Source: Sphyrna mokarran
Lineage: Eukaryota
Assembly (NCBI GenBank): GCA_024679065.1
Contig: JAGIQG010000006.1
Coordinates: 47,368,001 to 47,432,000 of the forward strand
Reading direction: 5' to 3'
Length of the DNA: 64,000 nt
Shown: piece by piece, positions 11,010 to 22,813 of the stretch
Numbering within the stretch: position 1 is the stretch's first letter
How the letters are laid out: each line of letters begins with the position of its first letter
The notes under the pieces: model-generated
Databases searched by the model: none
Seen by the model: the letters and a program-made list of their open reading frames with translations, nothing else
Told to the model about the DNA's origin: nothing
Translations under genes and position numbers: made by a program

Positions 11010-11427
11010 GTTATATTGCTATAACATCCTCATTGGGGAACCAGACTAGTTTTCCATCCAACAGTCTGAGAGAAATGTATCCTTTCTAACATTTAGAGCT
11101 ACGGTTGTTTTCATAGACTTGGTCACTTAATCTGTATTTTGTGGTAACTCTGAGTTGGATTTGATTTATAGAGTTACTAAATTCAATGATGTTTGGGAAA
11201 CAATGTTGTTTCAGTGAGTTCTTCTTGTCATGTGTTTTTCTTCTCTTTTACTGTAATAAATACTCTTTATTAATTGTTTACACAATAACTGGGCTGGTTT
11301 CTCATTGTCTTACATACAGTTCCTCATACCATTCCAAACAAATATATACCACCAGGAACCAATGTTTCAAATCATCCTTCATGATTTTGAGGCATTTTTA
11401 CAGGCAAAATCAGCTGCATTCCTAACA
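11010..11427 (+). mobile_element. Possible LTR fragment
   Basis: AATAAA at ~11255 and a CCTAACA end like the solo LTRs ending at 27128 and 58253. Confidence 0.3.
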
Positions 11428-12064
11428 CCTATTTCACTAACCACCTCAAAGGCAGATAATTATTTAATAGCCTCTTTAAGCTGTCAATCAAACAGTGAAC
11501 TTAACCTCCTACTGAGATAATCATAGCTTTTGAAACTTAGCCAAGCTTTCATAATGACAGAGTAGTCCTTATGGAAAAGTCAACAAAGAATTCTACTTCA
11601 AATCATACCAACAGATGCCCCTATTTTTTATTTTCCTAACCTATGCCTGTTTATCAAATCACTCTAGTTGGTTTTTTAGTCTACTTTAATTAAATCAAGG
11701 TCTGCACAGTATATTTAAAGTTTAAAGATCACAGGATTTAAAACACAGTTTAAAGTTTAAAAAACACAGGATCATGACGTTATACAGATCTTAACCATCC
11801 TTCAAAAATGTTTATCTCTAAGCCATCAATTTGTGATGCCCACACTGTGGGTTAAGGACCTTTCAACAGTCAAAATGGGGTCTATTTCAAACTTTGATAC
11901 ATTTTAACTGGATCAGCAGATTCATGATTTGAGCCTATGTGAATCATTTCCCCTACCAGCAAAAATAGATTAGTTCTTAAATGGACAGGACTTGGAAGTC
12001 TGACTCCTGCTGCCATTTTTAAAGCTTTGCAAGGTCTTCCTGATTCTGTGACATTCAATTCAAA

Positions 12065-12190
12065 GGCCAGAATTTTACTGCCCTGACAACACAGGAATCA
12101 GAGCAGGCAGGGGACAGACAATAGAAAGGTCCGTTCACTTTGGATATTAGTTTACAGTTCTGGGATAAGCATACCCATAAAATTCTGCCT
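12065..12190. mobile_element. Harbinger-type MITE
   Basis: GGCCAGAATTTTA...TAAAATTCTGCCT ends; colinear with the 7714 copy. Confidence 0.7.
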
Positions 12191-12900
12191 ACAGAAGTCA
12201 TTCAATGCATCACATCCATGCTGGCTCTCTTTAGAGTAATTCAGTGAGTCCCATTTCCTACTCTATCCCAGTAGCCATGCAAGTTCCTTCAAGTGCCCAG
12301 CCAATTTCCTTTTGAAGTTGTTGATCATTATCTCTTTCACCATTCTCATTGGCAATGGGTTTGAGGTCATTATCACTCACTGCATTAGAAAGTTCTTTCC
12401 TACATCCCTCCTGTATCATTTGCCCAAAATTTATATCTGGGAAATAATGTGATGTGCAATTTCCATAGAATCCTCAAATCTCATCTTTTCGACCATCATC
12501 GTGAGAGCAACGCTTTGAAATAGCTTTCTGCTCCCCTATTGCAACCCCATAGGTCTACAACATTCTCCCCATCAAGTATTTATCTTATTCCCTTTTGAAA
12601 GTTGCTATCAAATCTGCTTCCAAACCCTTGCAGTTGAGCATAATTATTCATGTTTAAGAAAATTTCACATCACATCTCTGGCTGTATTGCCAATTACTAT
12701 AAACCTGTGTCCTTTGGCTAATGACTCCTGTATTACAGGAAACTATTTCTCCTTCTTGATCCTATGAAGATGCTTATGATTAGAAACACCTCTATTAAAT
12801 CTTTCTTTAACCTTTCTCAGAAATGCCCGCCTTCCTAGCTTATCCAAGTAACTGAATTCTCTCATCGCTTCTCGTCAAATTTCTCTGCATTCTCAAGACC
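12191..12900 (-). mobile_element. Two old CR1 3' fragments
   Basis: Degenerate reverse-complement CR1 ORF2 C-terminus and tail (two units, starting ~12191 and ~12463). Confidence 0.6.
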
Positions 12901-13092
12901 TGTTTAATTCTTACTTATATCTCACTTTCAACATTTGCACTTTTAGTACCTAACATGTGGCATAACCTGAATAAATAATGTAAGGTCATGGAACATCATG
13001 TATACCACACTTTGGATTCTGAACAGAACATTTGCTAGTTCTCATCTGATATAATCCATGGATTCTATGAATCCTTACTGAATGTTAAATAC

Positions 13093-13473
13093 TTTCTTTT
13101 ATTCATTCGTGGCATATGGGTATCGCTGGCTGGCCATCATTTATTGCCTATCCCTTAGAACTGAATGGCTTGCTAGGATATTTCAGAGGGCAGTTCACAG
13201 TCAACCACACTGCTGTGGTTCTGGAGTCTCATGTAGGCCAGCCCAAGTAAGGGCAGCAGATTTTTTTCCTCAAAGGATATCAGTGAACCACACAAGTAAT
13301 TACAATAAAATGAATGGTTTCATGTCATTAGTAGATTCCTAATTCAAGATATTTTTTATTGACTTCAATTTCCACCATGAGAAATGGCTGAATTCGAACT
13401 CAGGTCGCCAGAACATTAGCTGAGTTTCTGGATTAATAGTCTAGCAATAATACTGTTCGACCATCCCTTCCCC
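13093..13473 (-). mobile_element. tRNA-derived SINE with Crack-type tail (possibly Meta/MESC-domain)
   Basis: Minus strand has box B GAGTTCGAATTC, body GGTTCACTGATATCCTTTGAGG..GGCCTACATGAGACTCCAG, tail GGGATAGGCAATAAATG..GAATGAATAAAA. Confidence 0.8.
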
Positions 13474-16400
13474 TCAATTCATATTAAATCAAAATAAAAT
13501 TGTTAGAATATGATGAAGCAAAGTTAATGTTGATTTTCTATTAAGATTGAGAAGAAATTGTAAGAAATTTATACCCAAAAGGCCTCTGAGGTAATTGTGT
13601 TATGTGAAATATGAAAACTAAACTGCTCTGATGGAGGTTGATATTAAAATAAAAAAATTTTAAATGTAAAAATTTAATAAAGAAGTAGCAAATGTTAGAA
13701 TACATAACAGCTGTACGTAGATGTACTTACAACATATTTTTCCTTTAACCTATGATGTGACAGCTCCTAAGCATTAGTTAAAGACTTTTGACTTGTGTTT
13801 GACAAAGTGTCTTAATGCCACAAAGTAATCAGAACATGTGTCTTCATAGGAATTCTATCCTGCCTCAGTTCACACACTCCACCCTAAAATATTTACTTGA
13901 CAATCTACTTTAGCTTAAGTAAACCTCTGGCTAACAGGGAAACACAGTGTGCCCCATAACATGAGCATGTCATATTTTTGGGGAAAATTTACATAAAAAC
14001 ATTGACATAATTTATGTTTTGCTGTTGACCCAGAATCAAGAAGCAGCAGGTATGAGTCACTCACTATTTGTCTGTGTGTGGTAAAGGAGAATAAGATGTG
14101 ATCACAGAATGATTTTCATTTCCTTGTTGATGTCCCATTTGACCTTATGAAGTGTGTGAAATTAAATCCTTGGTTCAAATTTGCTGTGAGTTAAAAGAGC
14201 TTTAACAAGAAGCAGTTACAGGTCAGCAAAAGGGAATGTTTCTTCCCTTTTGTTAAACAAAGCACAGTTTACAACTAATTCAAGCAGGCAAACTATTTTT
14301 GTTGAACCTTTTTTGACATATCATGAACATAAGTTATGTAAGTTGATAATAAAAAGGCTAATGGGGAAAAATAAGTCAGCCTATGAAGACACTGTAAACT
14401 TGACTGCGAGGAGGAAAAATTACTCTTGAAAAGAAAATAAGTCAAATGTGCTGTTATCCGTCAGACCCTGAAGTTAAGAGCATTTAGAATGTCCACTTCT
14501 AACACAGATCCAGCAATTCCTGTTTTTCCCAATTTTAATTTATCCATATAGAACATGTATTGACTGTATTAATAGTTGTCAATTAGTTGTGGATCATTGA
14601 TCAATAATCGACTATAAATTGATCTTTCAGTGTGACTGTCATTACCCCGCAATGATAGCACAACACTTATTAGTGGCACTTAAAATTAATTGAGAACAAA
14701 CTATAATGACATTGTGCACTTTACAGCATTATGCTCTAAAAATATAATCATATCTAAATGATACAAAATTGAGTGAAAAAGGAATCAGTCTCCAATTTTA
14801 ACTGGCGGAGGGGAGCGATAAGAAGGGAGGATCACTGGAGATTAATCTGTCCAACACATGGATTCTCCTTAAGTAGAGTTACCGTTCAGTATGTTATCAA
14901 TAATGCATTTAGTAAAGTGATTATTTAAAATCGTTCCTGCTGAGCTTATTTTAACTTTAATTGGAACAAATCTGTACAGTAAATTACCTCAGAATGTGCT
15001 TTTATTAATCAAATTGTGCATATAAGATGCACTGAAGATACTAAATCATTCTTTACTGTGACATTAGCTCAAAATGTTCATTACATTCAAAAGCTAAGTT
15101 GGCTTAAGAAAATTAACTTACTAATTTGAGCAAAGTCTTGTGATCTGCATATTTTATGATTCAAAGAGCACTGAATAGAATTGAATTTTCTCAGCAATGG
15201 TTAACTTGAATAATTTAAACAGCAACAGCCACTCCAATGATTCAGAGAATTCTAGTGCTGTAACACCTCATTCATTTGTTTTTTTTTTGCTAACCAGCAT
15301 GCCAACAGATGAAATTTATTTCTCAATTTAAATCATTTCAAATCTCCCTGTGCTACTTCTTTTTGGCTTCTCTGTCTCCCATTTCCGTAGCTTTTTCCTT
15401 TAATTATCCGTACATTATTTTCCTTGGCTTTGGTCTTGTTTCCATTATGACGTGTTTGCGTTTCAAACAGTCCCTGCTTCCTACTTATCATCACTGGCTT
15501 ATTGACATTTCCTATCCCAGCACCCTCTGCCTTCTACGCACTCTCTGTGTGTATTCTCCATTTAGTTAACTGTATCCTCACCTTCACAACTCACTTTTTT
15601 TTTCAGAGAAACAAGCCATTTCCTATCTCATTTCCCCTCACAGAAGACATTTTGGACAAGCTCCTGAAAAAAAATCCTAGCATTAATTTGTGCCCAGTCC
15701 AAGCACAGAGTTCCAACTGGGCACAAGTCCAGCTGTGTTTCATCAATCCGGCCTTTCTGCCTGCGCTGGAGGAGTAAGATTGGCTTTGTAAATCATGTTC
15801 ATTACTCACTTAACATTCCTAGCGGGCCAGGCCAGTGGTGACATAGTTGGTGGTGCTTGTCCCCCGTGGCGACAGCTCTGAGCTTCATGTTTTCAAACAA
15901 GTTGTGAGAGGCTGCAGTGCTCTGATCTGAAACTCTGAACTTCCCTCAGATTACAAGTGGAAAAAGGCTGCAGCAGCGAAGAGAAGAATGTGCTGCTGAC
16001 TCAGCGTGTTTTCTGCCAGCAAGGTCACGCTTTTTAGCCTGTTACCTTCATGAAGCTTACTTTCTGCTTTTCAAAGCCCTCCCATTTCCATTTTCCAACA
16101 GGTCTAGCTGATCTAAGTGGTATGATCTCATCTCATTTTGACCACTGTGGATTCCTGTGAGATTTTCTGCTTTGTATCACAAAGGGAAAACAAATATTGT
16201 TACATGATGAACATGCTGAACATCCCTTGTCGCAGGAGTGGGTCTTAACCCTTTTGCATTATCATGTGACCAGTGCTCTGAAAGCAAATTATTGTGAAAT
16301 CATTTATAATCATGTTATTTGCTGTAGCAAACAATATTATGTGAGGAGTTTGACTGTAACTGGAGCCAGCTCATTGCATTTTATTTACTGGCAGTTTGAT

Positions 16401-16714
16401 GAAATAATGAAAGCACAGAGTTCAAGTTCAGTTACAGTAAATGGTCAGCTTAACATGACATTACTACATTCTTGGCAGTGATTCAGAGACTGATTCAATG
16501 AGTGTGATTCAAAGAAACTGCAGCATTCTCTTTTCAGTTTGTGAATCTGTCCCTGAAACTACTCTTTGTTAAATTGTGAGTGATTCTGAAACTGACAATT
16601 TCCCATAGCTGAAACAAAGGGAAAATGTTGCAGATGCTGGGAAATTGAACATATAAACAGAAAATATGAGGAATACTCACAAGGTCTAACAGCATCTGTG
16701 AAGAAAGAAACAGA

Positions 16715-16908
16715 GGGCGGGAATTCCCGACAGAAATGGAATTCCCACTGCTCCCACAGCATGTTTTGTAGTGCCAGGATCTTCCAGTCCCATTGCTTAA
16801 TGGAGTTTCCTGTCGCTTTCACTCTCCACTGCCAGTAAACCCATAGTGGTGGCTTACCATCAATGGGATGGATGCTTCCACCAGCAGGAACAGCAAGGAA
16901 ATCTCACC
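16715..16908. mobile_element. Harbinger-type MITE with AGA TSD
   Basis: AGA|GGGCGGGAATTCCC...GGAAATCTCACC|AGA. Confidence 0.8.
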
Positions 16909-17174
16909 AGAGTTGGCAATTTGGTTCATCAAATCATGTTTGATTTACCTGACCTTTCTTCATAACTGGAAGAAGTTATAAATGTCGCAATTGCAAATGC
17001 CCCATTGTACTATAAGTCCTCCAGCCTTAGCATCATTGCTATTTCCTCCATTAACCAGCACACATCCATCCATTTCCTCACAACCCCCAGTTTTCCTGTA
17101 TCTGCACTTGCCTTTAAACTATTAAATTCCTAATTTCTTCCTGTTCTAATGAAAGGTCATTGAGTTGAAACATT

Positions 17175-17298
17175 GGCCAGAATTCTCCCATTCTGTCCGC
17201 CACTGGAATGTTAGTAGGTGTGTTGCAGACAATGTGAAATTCTGTTGACAGGTGGAAATTTCTGGATTTCTGACAAAGGTGGCTGGAGAATTCCGCCC
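17175..17298. mobile_element. Harbinger-type MITE with ATT TSD
   Basis: ATT|GGCCAGAATTCTCC...GGAGAATTCCGCCC|ATT. Confidence 0.85.
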
Positions 17299-18799
17299 AT
17301 TCTTTCCCATTGATTCTACGGAGCTTGCTGAATGTATTTCCACAATTTCTGTTTTCATTTCCAGTAGCTGGACTGGTATGAATGCTCTAAAGCCTACTAA
17401 TTAACAGAATCAGTCTGCATGTGTTAATTATATGCTTTATGACTATGTAACGATTGTTATTCAATAGCTCATTTTAAGTGGCTGATAGTTTAATCATAAT
17501 ATAAATACAATATATTAATTTCATTAGTTTATTTGCATGTCTCCAGGGAAATGTAAATGTTTTATTATTATAAATAAAAATTAACAATATCATAAATTAA
17601 AAGAGGAGTGCCAGAATTATTCAGCAGACCAGGCAGTATGTTTGGAGAGAGAAGCAGAGGGAAGAATTCCATTCCATCCACTAGCTGGAAAGTCGGCTGT
17701 CACTACTCCATAGCCGTTCTGAACCCTTCTGACCTAATCTAATTCAATCAGGTTCTTCCTGGTGGATGCCTCCAAGAGCTGCCTACCGGTCAGCAGTTTG
17801 CAGCTCACCATTTCCAGCAGCCCCATTGTGAACAGTGGTCATTGCCAATTCTGTTGGAGGCCCAGGCTGCAGTGTCACCACTTGAGTTTGGCATGAAGGT
17901 GGATAAGGCGTGACCAGGTGGGGACACCCTGGCAAATGCAGAGAAGGTTAGTTTTAAAAGCAGGTGGGGGTCTCCACCATGGATATCCTCTTCACTGGCA
18001 CAATTCACAATTGGCCACCCAATTAGGAAACTACTCCCACCAGGTAACAGACACCCCAACCAGGGTTTAGTTGGCAGCTTGCCCACATGGTGCCTGCCAC
18101 TAACTGAATGTTAGTGGTGCAGGATGAGGCACTTAAATGGACCTTAAGCGCTGAACCCAATCATGATCGTCTGCTCAACGTCATTCCTCCAGTCTGCCAT
18201 ACTACGGTAAGGAGGTGGGCTCTGAAATCAGGAACCTAGCTTACATTTGAAATAAACACTGAAAGACTGATTAAGATACTTAACAGTCCAACTGACTGCC
18301 GGAAAACATTGCCATATGATAGTAGAGTGAGTTCATGGGAATAATAATCACTGGGAATAACAGTCAGTGGGAATCATTGTCTTTTTCAGGGACTGATGAA
18401 AGGCAGATATAAAGTCTGGAAGTGGGTCTATGCGTGACTTTAGCAAGGCAAGCTGCTAAGAGTTAATCATTTGGGATTATTTTGGCGGTCAGATTAGATT
18501 CAGTGCTATCCTCAAGGGAGGGTCCAGAAGATTGGTGCTGTGTTCATCTTTGAACACAACACCATTTGTTGTGTGGAATGGTGTTCCCAATAGGCATTGT
18601 AAATTCAATAGGAGGCACCTCCTCCAGTGAGGAGGAGAAGAGAAAGCAGTGTAGCAGGAGGAGGTTAACTGGCCAGGAGGTGGAGCGACATGAGTGCAGG
18701 AAGGTAAACAAGTCGCTGTGGACTCAGGGACTGTAGAAGGGAGACAGCAGAAGGCACACATACCTAGGCCAAGTCCATACCTGTCACTCTAGATACAGG

Positions 18800-20240
18800 A
18801 TCTGAATGTCCTACCTGTAGATAATGGACTGACTCCATCTTTCACAAGAGACTATGTGACGTGCTAGCTGCTGAGACGGTCTCCAATTGTGTGTGGCGAA
18901 CACTTAATGCCTGTGGCCTTAAAATGACTTTTTTTTGCCTCTTGATAATTGCAGGTAGGCTGTGTGAATCTCAGTGCAATCATCCAGTCTGCAGTCAACA
19001 CTGCATAATGGTCTTCACTGACGACTTTTTTAGGTGTGCACATCAGTATATTTCTTTTACACCAGACAACAGTCAAGCAGAAAGATCTGGAAGCTTACAT
19101 TCAAGACTAGTTTCCCACAGATGAAAGAGGTGGTTGATTTTCATTCTTTCACAGGGATATGTGTAACACCCATTAGGCCAGCACTTATTGCCCATCCCTC
19201 ATTGCCCTTGTGAAGGTGATGGTGAGCCACCTACTTGAACCAATGCAGTCTGTGTAGCGTAGGTACATCCACTGTGCTATGATGAAGGGAATTCCAAGAT
19301 TGTCACCCAGCAACATGAAAGAATGGTGATATGGTTCCAAAGCAAGATGGTATGTGGCACGGAGAGGAACTTGCAGGTGATGATATTCCCATGCATCTCC
19401 TTATTGGTGGTAGAAGTTGCTGGTGGAAGACACTGTTAAAGAAGCCTTGTTGAGATGCTGCAATGCATCTTGTAGGTGGTACAGGCTGTTGCCACTGTGC
19501 ATTAGTGATAGCTGACGTGAAAGGTGGTTGATGGGGCATGAGTGAAGTGAGCTGCTTTGTCCTGGTTACTGTTCTTGGATGTTGTTGGATCTACATTCAT
19601 CCATACATGTGGAGAGTATTTAATCACACTTTTGCATGTAGATAGTGGGAGTAAGGAAGTGGGTTGCTCATCATGGAGTTCCCAACCGCCTGACCTCCTA
19701 TTGTAGTTACAGTATTTATATGAATGCTCAAGTTCAGTTTCTGGTCAATGGTAACCCCCAGAATGCTGATTATACTCACGTAGCCATCAGAGCCCCAGCA
19801 CGGCTGCCAGGGACGTTGATCAAGTGCAACGGATACCAATCCGTAAATGTACAGATTATGTGATCACAACCAAAGAATCATGCAGGTGTGTGCAATGTAC
19901 CCTGAAGCAGCTACGACATTTTTATCATCGGTCACTCCCTGGTGCCGGGGATGTTTACAGGCCCTGATGCCTTGAATAGATGGCTGCTTGGAGACTAAGG
20001 ATATTCACTGTAGTGATGGCTGACAACTCCAGTACGAAGTCCAAAGACAGAGCTGGAGTATTGTTACAATGAAATCCATGCAATGATCAGGTCCATCACT
20101 GATCAGATCATTGGTCTACTCAAGGTGAGATTTTGACGCCTTGGACAGATCCAATATTCTTGCTCCAATATTCACTAGCCAGACACTCCTTCTTGGCAAT
20201 AGACTGCTACACAACCTGCTCTTCCAGAAAGGTGCAATCC
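18800..20240 (+). pseudogene. Harbinger DDE transposase relic (HARBI1-like), split by a LINE
   Basis: Rejoined FPQMKEVVDYTHVAIRAP..KCNGYQSVNVQI..DHNQRIMQVCAMYP..WLLGD*GYSL..WLTTPV..YNEIH..IIGLLKVRF..LHNL, with many stops and frameshifts. Confidence 0.88.
19140..19766 (-). mobile_element. Crack-like LINE 3' fragment
   Basis: ILGVTIDQKLNLSIHINTV; same tail as 4636-5450; TSD TGATT (19135-19139 and 19767-19771). Confidence 0.85.
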
Positions 20241-20249
20241 ACAGTTCAC

Positions 20250-21200
20250 AAACTATTTAAAGGAGAATGAGATTCAACACGTCCAGTGCACTCCTTATCA
20301 TCCTGCCATAACTGGGTTGGCAGAACGTTTTGTACAGATGATGAAACATTTATTGTAAGTAACTAGAGAGCACATTTCATTGTCGAAATGATTAAGCCAA
20401 TTCTTACTGACAAACAGAAATACCACTCACTCAATGACACAGGTGTCTCCAGCATTGCTCGTGGTTAAACTTCAATAATGCACAGCATTTGATTTGCTTA
20501 AACCAACCACGAAAAGAGAAATTCTCAAGAAGAAAAGAGCAAGATCAGGTTATAAAACAAGAGAACAAGATGCAACCTCATGTTTCCCATCAGGTTAAGA
20601 AATTCTGGCAAGGAACTTTACCACAAATGAAAAGTTCCATCATCTTAGCATAGACAGGGCAGGTTGCCTACACTGTACAAACATGTGATGATGTAATATG
20701 AAGAAGATATGTGGATCCTCTTTTGGCAACAGGAACCAATCTGCCAGAAACAGAACCAACAAAATTCTCATCAAACTGTGCCAAGAGAATACCCTGCACC
20801 TTCCTGAGAACTTGACGCCACCCAAACTAATTGGGGAAACAATACTTCAGTTGAAAACATTTCAAGATTGAGACAATCGCACAGTACTATGTCGACTATG
20901 GGTAGGACAACCACACACAATATCCAAACCAAATCAAAGACACCAGAAGTTGCAGTAAACACAAAAAATTAGATGCCTGAGATTCATCAATGGCCACACA
21001 GAGAACAATGGCCTCTGAAACATTAACATTAACAGATTGTTAACATTATATTGTTAATGATTTAAAGGGGAAGGAAAAATGTTGTGTATTCTTATTATTT
21101 CTAGTGTTTCCTTACTAGCAGCTTTTAGTGAAACAGGAACACATGAAGAGACCAATCACATGATTTCACTGATGCCATTGTTGGCCATTTGCAAGGGCAA
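20250..21200 (+). mobile_element. Gypsy LTR-retrotransposon 3' fragment: integrase relic, polypurine tract, start of 3' LTR
   Basis: FTNYLKENEIQHVQCTPYHPAITGLAERFVQMMK..QFLLTNRNTTHSMTQVSPALL..TAFDLLKP; purine tract AAAGGGGAAGGAAAAA (21064-21079) followed directly by TGTTGTG. Confidence 0.85.
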
Positions 21201-21799
21201 ACAGGCAGTGTATCTGGACAGCCAGTAGTGTTAACATTCTTTCATTTGTTTAAACATCTGAGGCCAGCAGCCTATCCTTTAAAGCCACCATGGTGACTTT
21301 CTTCTCGGTTATGGCCTGCCCACCTTGTCCTGGACATATTGGGCACATTGTCCACGATTTCACAATGCTATCTGCTGGCTCCCCACCAGGTGGCTAGTAA
21401 TTGGCTGATACATGTATTATGTTCTGTCTTTCAAACATAAGTCTGGGAGTCTGCAATCCACTGACTTTTGGACTGGCCTCTTGCCTGGCTCTGTGCTTTG
21501 TAAAATTCCACCCAGGATGTATTTTTCTAAACACTTAACATGGTCATAGTTAGTTTAAGACCCAGGGGGAAAAAATGTCTCTGTACTTTTAAATAAGAGC
21601 AATAAATATGCCGTAAACATTAGAAGAAAGAAAGATGCAACTCCAATAAAATGTCTATGTGAGATAGGGCCTAAGTTCACATGTGGAACATTATACTTTC
21701 CACAGGATGGAAAGTTGCATTCTTCCACTCATTGTGATCTGTTTGAGAACAGGATTGATGGAGGCCTGGATGCAAGACACCATCCATTTCGGTTTGATA

Positions 21800-22420
21800 G
21801 TACAGGGAGAAGGAAGATTCAAGAAAGGGGGAGGGCAAAAAAGTATTTTCAATAAAATGTCATCAATAGTTATGCACAGGAGCACAAATATTATGGTTCC
21901 ACAATCTTGTGATCCCAACCAAGAACCTATGCTTGAAGAGAACTTGGAACAGCGATTGGATCACGACATTGTGGCCCTCTGATTCTCCAATACACATGTT
22001 CTTTAATTAGGCTTCCTACTTGGATATTAGAATGATGAAATAACCTATAAATCTCTAACCCTTTCCTGTGGGTGGCAAGTGCACCAAAACACATTGATCG
22101 GGGATAATTAGGATTGAGAATAAAACGATCGTGTTTGTCAGGTTTCGAGTGAGGCAGATATGTGCCTACACCTAGAAATATGGAATCACTGGGGCATTTC
22201 TCAGTTTTCTCTTGAACTTGCTCTTTAAGAAACAGAAGGATGCTCATTTTGAGAAGTATCCAAAGAACCTGATATGGGGCTTTGATCTTAGATTGAAAGA
22301 TCTATAGGGGTTAAGCTGCTGCACAAGGGAGGCCTGAGAAGGGAAGTCCTAATTGCTTTTGAAGCCACCCCATGGATTTATTTCAGATGCCCTGCTAACT
22401 GCTGTCTTCATCTACAGCTA
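21800..22420 (-). mobile_element. Probable very old CR1-group LINE C-terminal fragment
   Basis: Minus-strand peptides RFILNPNYPRSM..RKGLEIYRLF and FKHRFLVGITRLWNH resemble LINE ORF2 C-terminal motifs. Confidence 0.4.
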
Positions 22421-22429
22421 ATCTATAGT

Positions 22430-22810
22430 CAAGAAGAATGAAGCTCAATGTAAACTGGAGCAATAGCACCTCATCTTTCGATTAGACATTTTACAGCCTT
22501 CCAGATTTAACCCTGCATTCAATGATTTCAGACCATAATTTCTGCCTGTGTTTTGCTCCTTTTTTCCCACATATTTCAGTCTTACTCTTATTTTTCTCTT
22601 ATTTTTGCTTTCAGATGCCCAACAGGTTGTTGTTATTCTGTCACTCACCCTGCCTCTGGATACATGTCTTGTTTCCTTATCATCACTACCTTTTGTACAC
22701 CAAACACTTTTGTCATTTGATCTCTCCTGTCTTCTGCCATATTACAAACATTTGAATCTTTTTCCACCCTTCCTCATTTTATCTGCTTAAAACTTATTAC
22801 ATTTCTAATG
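22430..22810 (+). mobile_element. PLE family 2: GIY-YIG C-terminus plus pyrimidine-rich 3' region
   Basis: AQCKLEQ*HLIFRLDILQPSRFNPAFNDFR resembles the PLE endonuclease C-terminus (RKLEEQHLIFRLGTLQP.GLN.EF type). Confidence 0.75.
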
Positions 22811-22813
22811 CAA

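Larger units (their letters stand above)
16605..17362. mobile_element. Penelope-like element remnant (family 2), inverted arms, two MITEs nested
   Basis: Arm AATGTTGCAGATGCTGG..CAGCATCTGTG..GAAACAGA is complementary to the family repeat seen at 24100-24300. Degenerate hammerhead TTCTAATGAAAGGTCATTGAGTTGAAACATT at ~17144-17174. Confidence 0.7.
17659..21513 (+). mobile_element. Decayed PIF/Harbinger transposon containing nested Crack-like LINE and Gypsy fragments
   Basis: Left end AGA|GGGAAGAATTCC, right end GTAAAATTCCACCC|AGG, transposase relic inside. That both ends belong to one element is inferred. Confidence 0.6.

Noticed and set aside
21683-21982. 99-aa + strand ORF
   Set aside because: No recognisable domain; it overlaps a probable antisense LINE relic.
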